Shown here piece after piece: positions 26,831 to 37,739 of a DNA stretch of 64,000 nucleotides (position 1 is its first letter; each line of letters opens with the position of its first letter). The notes under the pieces are model-generated. The model was not told the origin of the DNA and ran no database searches. It worked only from the letters and a program-made list of their open reading frames with translations. The position numbers and the translations under genes were made by a program. This DNA comes from Candidatus Latescibacterota bacterium. GTDB taxonomy: Bacteria; Latescibacterota; UBA2968; UBA8231. The stretch covers positions 484,631-548,630 of the forward strand of contig CBDCNM010000001.1 in NCBI GenBank assembly GCA_965219385.1, given 5' to 3'.

Positions 26831-28810
26831 ATGTCCCTGCCCCATCTTTTTTCCCCGATAAAAGTCGGCTCTATAGAACTGAAGAATCGCGTGGTTTTAG
26901 CCCCTACGGACGTGGGCTTGCACGGCGCCCAAGGCGAGGTGAGCGAGCGCTACATCGACTTTCTGGTGGAGCGAGCCCGGGGCGAGGCCGGCCTGCTCAT
27001 CACCGAATTCACCTCGGTGTGGCCCGAGAAACGGGTGATCACCACTGCGGTGTGGGACGACAGGTTCATCCCGGGACTGGCACAGATGGCGGAAGCGGTG
27101 AAAACGGCCGGATCCAGGATATTCATGCAGATTGCGGTGCTGGGTGGCAAATCCTACGTAGAGCCCTTCGCGCCCTCGGCCATCGACAGCGAGCTCTACG
27201 AACAGGTGCCGCGGGAAATGAGCAGCGATGATATCAAAAGGGTGATCGAGGCTTTTGTAAAGGGCGCCGCACGGGCCCAAAAGGCCGGCTTCGACGGGGT
27301 GGAGTACCACTGTGCCCACTCCTATCTGGGAGGGCAGTTCATTTCGCCGCACACCAACCGGCGGGACGACGAGTACGGGGGCGATTTCGAGCGCCGCATG
27401 CGCTTCGGCACGGAAATCGTCCAGGGGATCCAGCAGGTCTGTGGAAAGGATTTTCCCATCGGCTTCAAGTTCAGCGCCCACGAGCACTTGCACCAAGGGG
27501 TCAACGACCAGTACGACGAGGGCGAAAGCGATGGCCTCCACCTCAAGGTGGCCGAATACATGGAGGGCATCGGCGTGGTCTACCTGCACGTGGCGACCAC
27601 CTCTTCGACCATCATGAAGGTGAAGGGGTTCGTGGAGTGCACCCACCCTTCCGTGCCGCCCATGTACATCAAGCCCAATACCCTGGTGGACCTGGCCGAA
27701 GAGGTCAAAAACAACGGGGCGCGGGTGCCGGTCATGGCCACGGGCGGGATCACCGATCCGCAACACGCCGAGGAGATCATTGCCGGGGGACGGGCGGATA
27801 TGGTAGCGCTGGCCCGCACCCTTGTCGCCGATGCCCACTGGGCGCGCAAAGCGCAGGCAGGAGAGAACATCGCCCCCTGTATCCGCTGTAATTTTTGCCA
27901 TTCCTTCGTGGTGATGGACCGGGGGGGCATACAGTGTACCACCAACCCCGTGGTGGGTCGAGAAAAACTGATTTCCTTCGACCCAAGCCCCAGACCCAGG
28001 AAGGTGGTGGTGGTGGGGGCGGGACCGGCCGGTCTCGAAGCCGGCTTGCGCGCCCAAGAGATGGGGCACGAGGTGGTGGTGTACGAAAAAAACGAGGTGA
28101 TCGGCGGCGAGATGATCTCGGCTTCGAGACCGGATTTCAAGTGGGATATCAAACGGCTTCTCCACTATTACGAGGTCGAGGTCGAGAACGCGGGTCTGGA
28201 GGTGCGGACCGGGACCCTGGTCACCCTGGATATCTTGCAGGAGGCCCGGCCGGATGCAGTGGTGCTGGCCACCGGTGGCGAAGCCGTTATCCCGGATGTA
28301 GCGGGCATCGACAACGACTCCGTCCTGACCGCGATCGAGGCGCTGGTGCACTGGGACGAACGGGGTATCGGGGAACGGGTCATGGTGCTGGGGGCCGGGC
28401 TGGTGGGTTATGAAATGGCCTGGTTCGCGGCGCAGCAGGGCCGCTCGGTGAGTATGGTTTCCCGACGGGTCGATGAGGAGGTCGCCAATCTGGAGGAGCA
28501 CGGCACCAATCTGGCGCTGCTGATCAAGGGGACCCGGGATGCCGGGGTCAGGGTGGTGGGAGGTAGGGAACTGCAGCGGGTCGAAGAAGGGGGGGTGGTG
28601 CTGGTGGATGGCGAGGGCCGGGAGGAACTACGCGAAGTGGATCATCTGATCATCAGCCGGGGGTATACCCCGCGCCAGACCCTGGTGGGGGAGATCGAGG
28701 CGGCGCAACTGGGGTGTGAGGTCTACCAGGTGGGGGATTGTGTCGAGGTGCGGAATTTCTTTGATGCGATCAATGAAGGAGCGCACGTGGTGCGGGAGCA
28801 TCTGGCGTAG
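26831..28810 (+). CDS. NADH:flavin oxidoreductase (OYE barrel + 4Fe-4S + FAD domain; 2,4-dienoyl-CoA reductase/TMADH-like)
   Basis: LKNRVVLAP, AGFDGVEYHCAHSYL, NRRDDEYGG, CIRCNFC..C, VVGAGPAG; ATG 26831 with AAGGAG. Confidence 0.9.
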   Translation: MSLPHLFSPIKVGSIELKNRVVLAPTDVGLHGAQGEVSERYIDFLVERARGEAGLLITEFTSVWPEKRVITTAVWDDRFIPGLAQMAEAVKTAGSRIFMQIAVLGGKSYVEPFAPSAIDSELYEQVPREMSSDDIKRVIEAFVKGAARAQKAGFDGVEYHCAHSYLGGQFISPHTNRRDDEYGGDFERRMRFGTEIVQGIQQVCGKDFPIGFKFSAHEHLHQGVNDQYDEGESDGLHLKVAEYMEGIGVVYLHVATTSSTIMKVKGFVECTHPSVPPMYIKPNTLVDLAEEVKNNGARVPVMATGGITDPQHAEEIIAGGRADMVALARTLVADAHWARKAQAGENIAPCIRCNFCHSFVVMDRGGIQCTTNPVVGREKLISFDPSPRPRKVVVVGAGPAGLEAGLRAQEMGHEVVVYEKNEVIGGEMISASRPDFKWDIKRLLHYYEVEVENAGLEVRTGTLVTLDILQEARPDAVVLATGGEAVIPDVAGIDNDSVLTAIEALVHWDERGIGERVMVLGAGLVGYEMAWFAAQQGRSVSMVSRRVDEEVANLEEHGTNLALLIKGTRDAGVRVVGGRELQRVEEGGVVLVDGEGREELREVDHLIISRGYTPRQTLVGEIEAAQLGCEVYQVGDCVEVRNFFDAINEGAHVVREHLA

Positions 28811-28895
28811 CCGGGCTGATCGCGGAATCGGGGGCCTCGCCGTAGACTGGGCTCCTCGGTCTGCTCCAAAGACCGGGAAACCACAAGGATTCAGG

Positions 28896-30668
28896 GTGAA
28901 ACTGGCAAACCCAATCGCGGTGATTTTTTTTGCCATTGTGCTGACGAGCCCGGATCTTTCTTCCCAGCCCATTACCCGACCCAGGGCTCCGGCGGAATGG
29001 GAAGAGGTGAAGGGAGTCATTTTCGGATGGTTTGAAGCCGATTTTTTATGGGATCATGGCTATGCCAGGGATTACGGGGGATGGACTCGACCCATGCTCC
29101 GGGCGTATAACGAGTTTAAAACAGAACATGCCGAACTGGTAAAAGCCTTGCTGAAAACCGGTGTAGAGGTGTACATAATTGATGATACAACCAATACCTA
29201 CAGCGTGCCGGATACCTTGATTGAACTGGGACTCATCTCGCCCAAAATTCACGTCGTGGCCTTTGCTCAATCATACCAGAAAACCAGAATGTACAAATCC
29301 TGGTTGAGAGATAATGGTCCGTTTTCCATCTATCAAAATGGGGTCGGATCACTGCGGTTGCACGGCTGGAAAAACGATATGGGCGGAGAGATCATAGCTT
29401 CCTTTTTATCCAAATCATACCACAAGTTTGATATGGATACGGGGTATTATACAGATGGAGGCAACTTTATAGTAGATGGATATGGGAAGTTGTTTTACGA
29501 CTCCCGTTTCCAGCCGGATGATCCGCGGGAACGAGAAAAAGTAAAACGGCATTGGCGGGATTCTTTCGGCCTGGAAGAATTCATTGAATTGCCGCCCTAC
29601 CAGATACACCTGGATTATTATTTGAAGCTCGTCAATGAAGAAACCTTTTTCGTGAGCGAAATTCTCGCATCCAATTACCTTGGAGATGAAAAGATAACCA
29701 ATGACAATGAACGGATAGATGCGGCCGTGAAAAAAATAAAGGCCCAGACGGTTTCTCGTTCTGGACGGCCCTACAAATTTGTCAAAATTCCCAACAGCCC
29801 ATCCTACGTCGATTATGGTGAGAACAGTAAATATGAAACCATAGACGCGACGTATATTAACTCACTGATTATAAACGAAACCGTGATTGTGCCGACCTTT
29901 GACAATCCGGACGCGGATGCCACGGCATTGCAGTTATATGAAAAATACATGCCGGGCTACCAAGTCATCGGGGTTCCGGCCACGAGGTTTGCCGAGCGCG
30001 GAGGAGGGATCCACTGTGCAACCAGGGAAATCCATGCTGAAAATCCGCTGTTCATTGCGCACGAGCGGCTCCCCGATTCGCTCCATCAAACCACGGACTA
30101 CGAGATAAATGCCCGGATACAATCGGCATCCGGTATTTCCACCGCACTTTTGTACTGGAAAACAGACGAGGATACAGCATTTAAATCCGTGCCTATGGCG
30201 AAGGATAATGAAGGCCATTTTAAGGCCTCTATTCCCGCCCAGCCGCGCAATACACGGGTCCATTATTACCTAGAAGCAACCAGCAATGATGGAAAAACAA
30301 TCCCCAAGCCAATGGTTGCTCCAGAATGGGCCTATAATTTTCTCGTCCATGGAGGGGGTATTACAACCGAGGTGAATCAACCGGTTGCCGAGAACTCGAT
30401 CCCTGAAGCAATATCCCTGGAGCAGAATTATCCGAATCCTTTCAATCACACGACCAGTATCGGTTACTACCTGCCAGAATCGTCCAAAGTAGAGATCGCC
30501 GTCTACAACATGAGCGGGCAAAAAATAGAAACCCTGATCAGGGGGTTCAAATCTCAGGGAGCACACATTTTCAGGTGGGATGCTTCCAAGCTGGCAACCG
30601 GGGTTTACTTATACCGAATCCGGGCGGGCAACTTTGCGGATGTAAAGCTGGCTGTGTTGATGAAGTGA
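28896..30668 (+). CDS. Secreted agmatine/peptidylarginine deiminase family protein with Ig-like and T9SS type-A-like C-terminal domains
   Basis: APAEWEE, WLRDNGP, DGGNF, HLD, YINS, GGGIHCAT; C-terminal QNYPNPFN..GVYLYRI; AT-richer than flanks. Confidence 0.85.
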   Translation: MKLANPIAVIFFAIVLTSPDLSSQPITRPRAPAEWEEVKGVIFGWFEADFLWDHGYARDYGGWTRPMLRAYNEFKTEHAELVKALLKTGVEVYIIDDTTNTYSVPDTLIELGLISPKIHVVAFAQSYQKTRMYKSWLRDNGPFSIYQNGVGSLRLHGWKNDMGGEIIASFLSKSYHKFDMDTGYYTDGGNFIVDGYGKLFYDSRFQPDDPREREKVKRHWRDSFGLEEFIELPPYQIHLDYYLKLVNEETFFVSEILASNYLGDEKITNDNERIDAAVKKIKAQTVSRSGRPYKFVKIPNSPSYVDYGENSKYETIDATYINSLIINETVIVPTFDNPDADATALQLYEKYMPGYQVIGVPATRFAERGGGIHCATREIHAENPLFIAHERLPDSLHQTTDYEINARIQSASGISTALLYWKTDEDTAFKSVPMAKDNEGHFKASIPAQPRNTRVHYYLEATSNDGKTIPKPMVAPEWAYNFLVHGGGITTEVNQPVAENSIPEAISLEQNYPNPFNHTTSIGYYLPESSKVEIAVYNMSGQKIETLIRGFKSQGAHIFRWDASKLATGVYLYRIRAGNFADVKLAVLMK

Positions 30669-30723
30669 ACAAAGGAGAGCCGTGGACTTGAGGGGGCGCT
30701 TCCAGTCGGGAGCGACCCGTTTT

Positions 30724-31860
30724 TTATTGGGAGGCGATGAGCTGGTCGACTTCCTGCACCAGGCTGTCCAGGACCTCGTCGTAGGCAAAGCGGCCGATGA
30801 GTTCGGGGCCGCGCTTGAGGTTGACGAAGGTGGGGGCGCACCACAGCCCCAGGTCGGCGTCGTCGGTCTCGCCCGGACCGTTGACCCGGCAGCCCATGAC
30901 CGCGATGGTGATGGAGTGCGCTTGGGCGTACTCGGTGACCTGGCGCACCTGCAGGGCCAGGTCCACGAAGGCTTCGTTTTCGACCCGGGAACAGGAAGGG
31001 CAGGAAATGATGTTCAGGCCCTGGTCGAGGAATGCGGGCACCGAGCGGAAGCGGCCTGCTTCGATATCGCTCAGGATTTCCCGACCGGCGCGGATCTCCT
31101 CGCCCTTGTCCTCGAAGGGCAGGGTGAGGGAGACGCGGATGGTATCGCCGATGCCCTGCGAAATCAGTTGTTCAAAGGCGATCCGGGTCTTGACGATGCC
31201 GTCCGGCAGCATGCCGGCCTCGGTGACGCCCAGGTGCAGGGGCACGTCGGGGCGCTGGTCGGCAAAGCGTTTGTTGGCCTCGATGACCTTGTTGGGGTCC
31301 GAGTCTTTGAGGGATACGCAGTAGCGGGTGAATCCCAGCCGGTCCAGCATATCGCAGTGTTCGAGGGCCGAGGCCAGCATCGGCGAGATTGAATCCTGGC
31401 TGTCGAACTGTTCGAGTTTTTCCGGGTCCACGGAACCGCAGTTGACGCCAATGCGGATGGCGCAGTCGTTGTGGCCGGCCTGATCGGCGATATAGGCCAC
31501 CTTGTCCTGGACCGGGCGCTGTTTTTCGTGGTGGTAGAGGTGGCCCGGGTTGTAGCGGATCTTGTGGACGTGGGTCGCCACCTGGGTCGCCAGGCGATAG
31601 TTCTCCTGCAAATCCACCGAGAGCGGGGTGGTGGCGTGCTGGCTGATCTGGGCCAGGGCTTCCACGTCCTTTTTGCTGTCCACGGCGATGCGGATGATGT
31701 CGGCTCCGGCTTGCTGGAGGAGCTGGATCTGGCGGATGGTGGCCGGGATGTCCTGGGTGCGGGTGGCGGTCATGCTCTGCACCGCAATGGGATGGCCGGC
31801 GCCAATGGTGGTGGAGCCGATTGGTACGGGCCGGGTGGGATTGCGTTCGGGTTTGTTCAT
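30724..31860 (-). CDS. ispG: (E)-4-hydroxy-3-methylbut-2-enyl-diphosphate synthase
   Basis: [55 protein letters not shown]; start ATG 31860. Confidence 0.95.
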   Translation of the reverse strand: MNKPERNPTRPVPIGSTTIGAGHPIAVQSMTATRTQDIPATIRQIQLLQQAGADIIRIAVDSKKDVEALAQISQHATTPLSVDLQENYRLATQVATHVHKIRYNPGHLYHHEKQRPVQDKVAYIADQAGHNDCAIRIGVNCGSVDPEKLEQFDSQDSISPMLASALEHCDMLDRLGFTRYCVSLKDSDPNKVIEANKRFADQRPDVPLHLGVTEAGMLPDGIVKTRIAFEQLISQGIGDTIRVSLTLPFEDKGEEIRAGREILSDIEAGRFRSVPAFLDQGLNIISCPSCSRVENEAFVDLALQVRQVTEYAQAHSITIAVMGCRVNGPGETDDADLGLWCAPTFVNLKRGPELIGRFAYDEVLDSLVQEVDQLIASQ

Positions 31861-31897
31861 GGACCGTGTTTTTAGAGGCGAGTTGAATATGGAAAAG

Positions 31898-31926
31898 ATA
31901 ATACGAAGTGTAGAGGCTCTTGTCAA
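31898..31926 (-). promoter_or_regulatory. Sigma70 promoter for ispG
   Basis: Minus strand TTGACA-N17-TATTAT. Confidence 0.65.
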
Positions 31927-32011
31927 AGACCTACCAGTTCTGTGCAATGGTGGTGGAAGAGGTGATGCTGCTTTCCATTGGCGTCTTGTAATGCCCCGGT
32001 CCCGAAGTACG

Positions 32012-32040
32012 TTGACACGGGGTACCGGCGTGGGTACCTT
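32012..32040 (+). promoter_or_regulatory. Sigma70 promoter for the DUF6785 gene
   Basis: TTGACA-N17-TACCTT. Confidence 0.55.
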
Positions 32041-32095
32041 GAGTGCGGAAAAAGTAAATTTTTACCCTCACAGCCGGTACTTCAGATAGATCCCG

Positions 32096-34030
32096 ATGTC
32101 CGCTCCGCAGCCTCCCTCTTCTCTGGTGCCCACCTTGCGCGCCCTGGTCATCGGCACCCTGGGCTCAGTAGCCATTGGCACGGGGGTGCCCTACGTCGGC
32201 ATGATGTTGTACGGAGAGCGCATTGCCGCGCTGTTTACCACGGCCGCGGCGCTCATTCTGTTCTTTTTTCTAGTTTTTCTGCTCAACACCCTGCTGGGGC
32301 TGGTACGCCGTCAATGGATGTTGCGCCGTGCCGAACTGGCCCTGATCTACGTCATGTGGATCGTGGCCACCCCCATCCCCGAGCGGGGCCTGACCTCCTT
32401 TCTGCTGCCGCACATCACCAGTGTGATCTATTATGCCACGCCCGAGAACAACTGGGGCGAATTGTTCCCTTTCATTCCAGACTGGATGATTCCACACAGC
32501 GATTTCGAACTGGTCAAGTACTTCTACGAGGGGGCGCCCAAAGGTCAGGGCATTCCCTGGGAGTTATGGTTGCCGCCGCTGACCTACTGGCTGCCCTTTG
32601 TCCTGGCGCTCTACCTGGCCATGGTCACCATCATGGTGATCTTGCGCAAACAGTGGATCGTGCACGAACGACTTATATACCCCCTGGTCCAGGTGCCCCT
32701 GGCCATGATCCAGGACGACGATGCCAGGCCCTCGTTGATCAAACCCCTGGGCAAAAATCCACTGATGTGGGCCGGGTTTGCCCTGACTGGCCTTATCTAC
32801 AGCATCAACCGGCTGCACTACTACTACCCGTACATTTCCCGGATTTCCCTGTGGGGCGGGTACATACCGCTTTTCCGGGATACCGTCAACGTCGAGATCA
32901 GTGTCAGCTTCCAGCTGGTCGGCTTTGCCTATTTCATCAACCGGGATGTGGCTTTCAGCCTGTGGTTTTTTTATTTGCTCGGGATTGTTCAGCAAGGGCT
33001 CTTCAATATCTTCGGAGTCCAGCGGGTAGATCCCCTGTTCGGGGTGTACAGCCGGCACGCGGATTCCATTTTGACCCTCCAGGGTTTTGGCGCTTATATG
33101 GTCCTGGTGCTGTTGGGGCTGTGGACCGCCCGGGGGCATTTGCGCCGGGTTTTTCGCAAAGCCTGCCGGGGGGATGCAACCGTGGATGATTCCGGCGAGA
33201 TCCTTTCCTACCGGGCCGCGGTGTTTATCTTGTTCGGCTCCCTGATCTTCATGGGGATCTGGCTGGCGCAAACCGGATTGCCGGGCTGGATCGTGCCGAT
33301 CTATCTGTTCTTTGCTTTCGCCCTCTTCATCGCCATCACCCGGGTGGTCGCCGAGGGGGGACTGGCCTGGAACTACGCGCCCATGATCGCCTCGGATTTC
33401 GTCGCCGCCGGATTGGGCACCCGGGCCCTGGGGCGCTCGGGCATCATCGCCTTTTCCTTCACCTATGTCTGGGCCAGCGATATCCTGACCTTTGTGATGG
33501 CCTCCTGCGCCAATGGCCTTAAAGTGGCCGAGGAGACCATCACAAAGAATCGCTGGATGATTTTCTGGGCCATCCTCATCGCCATCCTGGTGAGCATTGC
33601 CAGCTCGATCTGGATGGTCCTCGACCTGGCCTATACCTACGGCGGCATCAATACGGATGGGTTCTTTTTCGGCTGGGGCGCCCGCTATCCTTTTGACAAT
33701 GCCGCCTCCAGGATCCAGTCCCTGGAGGGGCCGCACTGGGAGAACTGGGGCTTTGCCGCCATCGGGGCAGGGGTCATGGGTTTGTTGATGATCGCCCGCC
33801 AGCGCTTTTTGTGGTGGCCGTTCCATCCCCTGGGGCTGCCCCTTAGCGCGGTGTTCAGTTCGGCGTTCTTCAGCATTTTTCTGGGGTGGTTGTTCAAGTC
33901 GCTCATCATGAAGTACGGAGGGGTCGGGCTCTATGTGAAGACCCGGCCTTTTTTCATCGGCCTGATCCTGGGGCAGTTCGCCACCTCGGGGGTGTGGTTC
34001 GTGATTCACTATTTTGTCGCGGTTCGCTAA
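32096..34030 (+). CDS. DUF6785/DUF6784-type polytopic membrane protein (putative transporter), copy 1
   Basis: YYATPENNW, IPW..WL.P, LRKQW..ERL.YPL, TRVVAEGG, WWPFHPLG, KYGG..RPFFIGLILG. Family name from recall. Confidence 0.7.
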   Translation: MSAPQPPSSLVPTLRALVIGTLGSVAIGTGVPYVGMMLYGERIAALFTTAAALILFFFLVFLLNTLLGLVRRQWMLRRAELALIYVMWIVATPIPERGLTSFLLPHITSVIYYATPENNWGELFPFIPDWMIPHSDFELVKYFYEGAPKGQGIPWELWLPPLTYWLPFVLALYLAMVTIMVILRKQWIVHERLIYPLVQVPLAMIQDDDARPSLIKPLGKNPLMWAGFALTGLIYSINRLHYYYPYISRISLWGGYIPLFRDTVNVEISVSFQLVGFAYFINRDVAFSLWFFYLLGIVQQGLFNIFGVQRVDPLFGVYSRHADSILTLQGFGAYMVLVLLGLWTARGHLRRVFRKACRGDATVDDSGEILSYRAAVFILFGSLIFMGIWLAQTGLPGWIVPIYLFFAFALFIAITRVVAEGGLAWNYAPMIASDFVAAGLGTRALGRSGIIAFSFTYVWASDILTFVMASCANGLKVAEETITKNRWMIFWAILIAILVSIASSIWMVLDLAYTYGGINTDGFFFGWGARYPFDNAASRIQSLEGPHWENWGFAAIGAGVMGLLMIARQRFLWWPFHPLGLPLSAVFSSAFFSIFLGWLFKSLIMKYGGVGLYVKTRPFFIGLILGQFATSGVWFVIHYFVAVR

Positions 34031-34068
34031 AGGGCAGATCCACAAAACACAGCAGGAAAGGAGAAATC

Positions 34069-35634
34069 ATGTCCAGACCACGCATACTGTTCTACCACGA
34101 CGGACGCCATCCGCTCATCTACATGTACGAGCCTCCCATGCAAAAGGAGGAGTACGAGCAGGCCGTCGACGAGTTGATCGGCACGCCGGTAGAGGCCATC
34201 ATGTTCTGTCTGGGAGACGGGCGCACCGTGCTCCACGACACCAAGGTTGGCGAACTGTGGGGCACGCCCAACGAGAAATGGTCGCACCTGATCTTTCGGC
34301 GCGCCCATCAAAACGCCCAACACCTTATCGCAGAGGGCAACGACCCCCTGCGCATCGTCTGCGCGCGCGCCCATGCCAAGGGGTTTCTGCTCTACCCGGC
34401 CCTGCTGGTGCAGCAGGGCAGCGGCGAACGGGGTTCGGATATGCGCAGCTCGAACTTCCGCTTTGACAACAAGCACCTGGAGATCGGGGCCCGGAAGGAT
34501 CTGGATCCGGGATTCCCCGGCTCCGCATGCCTGGATTTCAAGCACGAGGAAGTCCGCCAGGAGCGCCTTGCCCTGATCGAGGAAACCCTTAATAACTACC
34601 CGGTCGACGGCTTCGAGTTGCAGATGAACTACGTGCCCTATTACTTCCACCCGGACGAGGTCGAAGCAGGGCGCGAAATCATGACCGGCTGGATTGGCCG
34701 GGTGTCCGAGGCGGTCAAAAAAAGCGGCGGCCAGCGCGAACTAGTGGTCCGCATCCCCAACAGCATCGAGGTCTGCCTGGAAAAGGGCATGGATGTGCGG
34801 GAGTGGATCGGCCAGGGCCTGGTCGACGCCCTGGTGGCCGAGGATCACCAGGAGGGGAGCGTGGTTACCCAGGACACGGATTTCCGGCCCCTGGTGGAGG
34901 CCGCAGAGGGGTCCGGTTGCCGCATTTATGCTTCGATTAAGAGCCACGTGGACTCGGATCGACTCTCCGAAGCCCCGATCGAGATGGTGCGGGCCGCGGC
35001 CACCAACTACTGGGCCCAGGGCATAGACGGGCTCTACCTGGCGCAGTGGTTCGGCAACTGGCCCTACGAGGGCTCGTTCTACGAGAAACTGCGCGAGGTA
35101 TCCGACCCCGAGGTCATGGCGCCGAAGGACAAGTACTATTTTGTGCCGACGGAGACCGGCAGGGAGGGGGCCCCGTCCGTACAGCTTCCGGTTGCGCTTG
35201 AGGTGGGTACTCCTGCAACGGTGCGGTTCACCATCAGCGACGATTTGGAGCGCTGGGAGGCGGTCGGCCGGGTGCACGAGGTGGTGTTGCGGGCCCGCAT
35301 CATGCAGACCACCGAGCTCGACCGGCTGGGCTTCAAACTCAACGGGGTGGAGTTGCCCGAAACCTTATTGCGCAGGGTCAACCGCATGTACTTGATGAGT
35401 GCGCCGCGCTATCGGGTATTCGGCTACTGGTTCGTCTTCAAGCTGGATCGGGATCACTGGCCGCAAAGGGGGGAAAACCGGTTCGAGGTGACGCTGCACC
35501 AGCGGGACGGAGTAGCGCTGCCCGACATGGTCCTGCGCGATGTGGAGCTGGAGATCAAGTACCTGAAGGGCAAGAACTACCACCGCTCGTTCGTCGATCC
35601 GGACCTGGGTGCGTTCGAGCACGCCGTGTTATAG
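34069..35634 (+). CDS. Uncharacterised glycoside-hydrolase-like TIM-barrel protein (GHL10-like), cytoplasmic
   Basis: ATG 34069 with AAGGAG; GNDPLRIVC, LDFKHEEVR..YPVDGFEL, GIDGLYL; no signal peptide. Confidence 0.55.
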   Translation: MSRPRILFYHDGRHPLIYMYEPPMQKEEYEQAVDELIGTPVEAIMFCLGDGRTVLHDTKVGELWGTPNEKWSHLIFRRAHQNAQHLIAEGNDPLRIVCARAHAKGFLLYPALLVQQGSGERGSDMRSSNFRFDNKHLEIGARKDLDPGFPGSACLDFKHEEVRQERLALIEETLNNYPVDGFELQMNYVPYYFHPDEVEAGREIMTGWIGRVSEAVKKSGGQRELVVRIPNSIEVCLEKGMDVREWIGQGLVDALVAEDHQEGSVVTQDTDFRPLVEAAEGSGCRIYASIKSHVDSDRLSEAPIEMVRAAATNYWAQGIDGLYLAQWFGNWPYEGSFYEKLREVSDPEVMAPKDKYYFVPTETGREGAPSVQLPVALEVGTPATVRFTISDDLERWEAVGRVHEVVLRARIMQTTELDRLGFKLNGVELPETLLRRVNRMYLMSAPRYRVFGYWFVFKLDRDHWPQRGENRFEVTLHQRDGVALPDMVLRDVELEIKYLKGKNYHRSFVDPDLGAFEHAVL

Positions 35635-35642
35635 ACCGGGCA

Positions 35643-37739
35643 TCAGTACGCCACCGCGAAGACCCCGGTTTGCTTCTCTTCCTGCTCGGCATCCAGTACC
35701 AGCCGGTAGAGGTAGGTGCCTGGGGGCACCAGCGCGCCCGCGCTGGTGCGCCCGTCCCAGCGATGCTGGCCTTCGCCGCTGGTGGAGGGCACGCCGGCCA
35801 ATTTTTGCACCAGGCGTCCCCCCAGATCGTAGATTTCCAGGGCTACCTGGCGGGCTGCGGTGACCTCGCGCAGTTTGTAGGACAGGATTAGAGCATCGTT
35901 GAACCCATCGCCGTTGGGCGTGAAGATCCTGGAGGTGGCCGCCACATCGATCAGGAGATCGCCGCCGATGGGGCTGGTCACGCTCAAAACGTCGCCCGAG
36001 AACCGGAAGGTGGCATTGCCGGGCTGGATGCGCTGTTTGATCTGATCCGGATCATCGCTGTTGTAGACCCACCCGGTGAACTGGGTGCCGAAGCGCAGGA
36101 CGGGAGCATCGAAGATGACTTCCACCTGCTTGAGGCTGTTATCCTCACCTGCCAGAAGGGGCAAGGCCACCATAAGGCGGTCGTTCTGCCTGTCGGGCCG
36201 AAAGCGGGTGGTATCTACTTCCACGCCGTCCACCTTGATGGACTGGATATTGTCCACCCGGGTGTGGGTGAGGATTTCCAGGTGGTCGAAGCCGGTATTG
36301 TCTACCTCAAAGGTAGGTTTCACCACATAAGTGAAGGCGGTGGGTTCGAAGGATTCCACCTGGATGGGCCAGATCTCGGCCACCACTTCCCGGGCCACGG
36401 GGTTTTCGCCGAACTGGATGGCAATCTGGTCCAGCCGGGGGGCCTCCTCGAAGGTGCCGAAGAGCCGGATGGCGAGCTGGAGGTATTGGCCGACGCCCTC
36501 GGAGATAATGGGGGTACCGTCCTTCCACTCCTCGGCCGGGAGGGAGGGATCGCGGAGGCCGGCCTCGAAGTCGTAGGGCGGCGACCAGAAGGTCCAATTT
36601 GCCGCATCATAGACCAAAGGCAGCTGTACGAGAAAGTTGATCTCTTCCCATTCTTCCTTGGTGGTGGGGACGGTATTGCCGTTGGCGTCTATGTCAAAAT
36701 AGAGGTTGGGGTCGGTTGTGTTGCCGGTGCGGGTGTGAACCTCTATGCGGGTGCCGGCGGGGAAATCGCCGCTCCAGCGGATCTTGCCCCAGTTGACGGG
36801 TTTGCCGAAATCCAGGATCTGGGTGAGCAGGACGCTCTCCCGGACAAAGCCCCCGCCGTACACCTCGAACTCGGCCACTTCCCAGCTGGCCTTGGGAAAC
36901 GGCTGGAAGGTGAGCCAGCGCACGGACCTTTTCGGGAAGTTCAGCTCCACCACCACATCCAGGTTTTCCTGTTCATTCTTCAGTATCGACAGTCTTTCAT
37001 CCTCGGCACTTACCCAGTTTGTATTGACCGAATGGGTTCCTTTTGGGGCGCGATCGCACGGGCCCTTGATAAAAATGTTGGCGGAATTATCGCCGACGCG
37101 GATCTCGTAGCCTCCCAGGGCGTTCTCGGCGAAGCTGTCCGGGGAAAAGGCCGCGATCGGGGGCACGGGCTCGGTGAATGACTGGATTAGCCGGAGATCG
37201 TCATCCTGCCCCAGGCGGGGATAGAAGCGGATGCGGTTGATGGGGATGGCAGCGCCGAAATCTACCACCGAGGTACCGCGCCAGCCGGCTCCTGTGGGGC
37301 TGACAAAGTTGAAGGCAGTGGAACTGGGATCCCCGTCGAACATGGGTTTCATGTTCCTAATGTCGCCGCTCTGATGCACGCAGGAAGTGGCCGGGTTGAC
37401 CCTGCCCCGGGTGTAGGGCAGGGGAACGCCTCCCTCCGGTGCGTTGGGATCGGTCAGGACCAGGTTCCTCCCCTCCTCGATGAAACGGGGCTGGATGGAG
37501 GTGGCGGTAAAATGGATCATGGTATCTATCCCGGCCCCGAACGGGGTGGTGCCCACCTGGACCCTGCGCTCCTCCTGGCCCTGGTCATCAAAGACCAGGT
37601 ACACGCCGGCATTTCCATCCGACAAGGCCGCTTCCCAGGAGTTGCCGTCCTGGCCCCCGAGGCGGTATTCTGTGCGGGCGGATATAGCAGAACCGCCAAG
37701 TACCAGGATGCATAAAGAAAAAAATAAAAACCGTGCCAT
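35643..37739 (-). CDS. Secreted protein with C-terminal FTPNGDG (CHU_C/FlgD-Ig-like) domain, paralogue 1
   Basis: Signal peptide from ATG 37739 (GGAGG RBS); RIRFYPR, HTRTG, WTFWS, EIWP, IFTPNGDGFND..WDGR..PPGTYLY. Confidence 0.75.
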   Translation of the reverse strand: MARFLFFSLCILVLGGSAISARTEYRLGGQDGNSWEAALSDGNAGVYLVFDDQGQEERRVQVGTTPFGAGIDTMIHFTATSIQPRFIEEGRNLVLTDPNAPEGGVPLPYTRGRVNPATSCVHQSGDIRNMKPMFDGDPSSTAFNFVSPTGAGWRGTSVVDFGAAIPINRIRFYPRLGQDDDLRLIQSFTEPVPPIAAFSPDSFAENALGGYEIRVGDNSANIFIKGPCDRAPKGTHSVNTNWVSAEDERLSILKNEQENLDVVVELNFPKRSVRWLTFQPFPKASWEVAEFEVYGGGFVRESVLLTQILDFGKPVNWGKIRWSGDFPAGTRIEVHTRTGNTTDPNLYFDIDANGNTVPTTKEEWEEINFLVQLPLVYDAANWTFWSPPYDFEAGLRDPSLPAEEWKDGTPIISEGVGQYLQLAIRLFGTFEEAPRLDQIAIQFGENPVAREVVAEIWPIQVESFEPTAFTYVVKPTFEVDNTGFDHLEILTHTRVDNIQSIKVDGVEVDTTRFRPDRQNDRLMVALPLLAGEDNSLKQVEVIFDAPVLRFGTQFTGWVYNSDDPDQIKQRIQPGNATFRFSGDVLSVTSPIGGDLLIDVAATSRIFTPNGDGFNDALILSYKLREVTAARQVALEIYDLGGRLVQKLAGVPSTSGEGQHRWDGRTSAGALVPPGTYLYRLVLDAEQEEKQTGVFAVAY

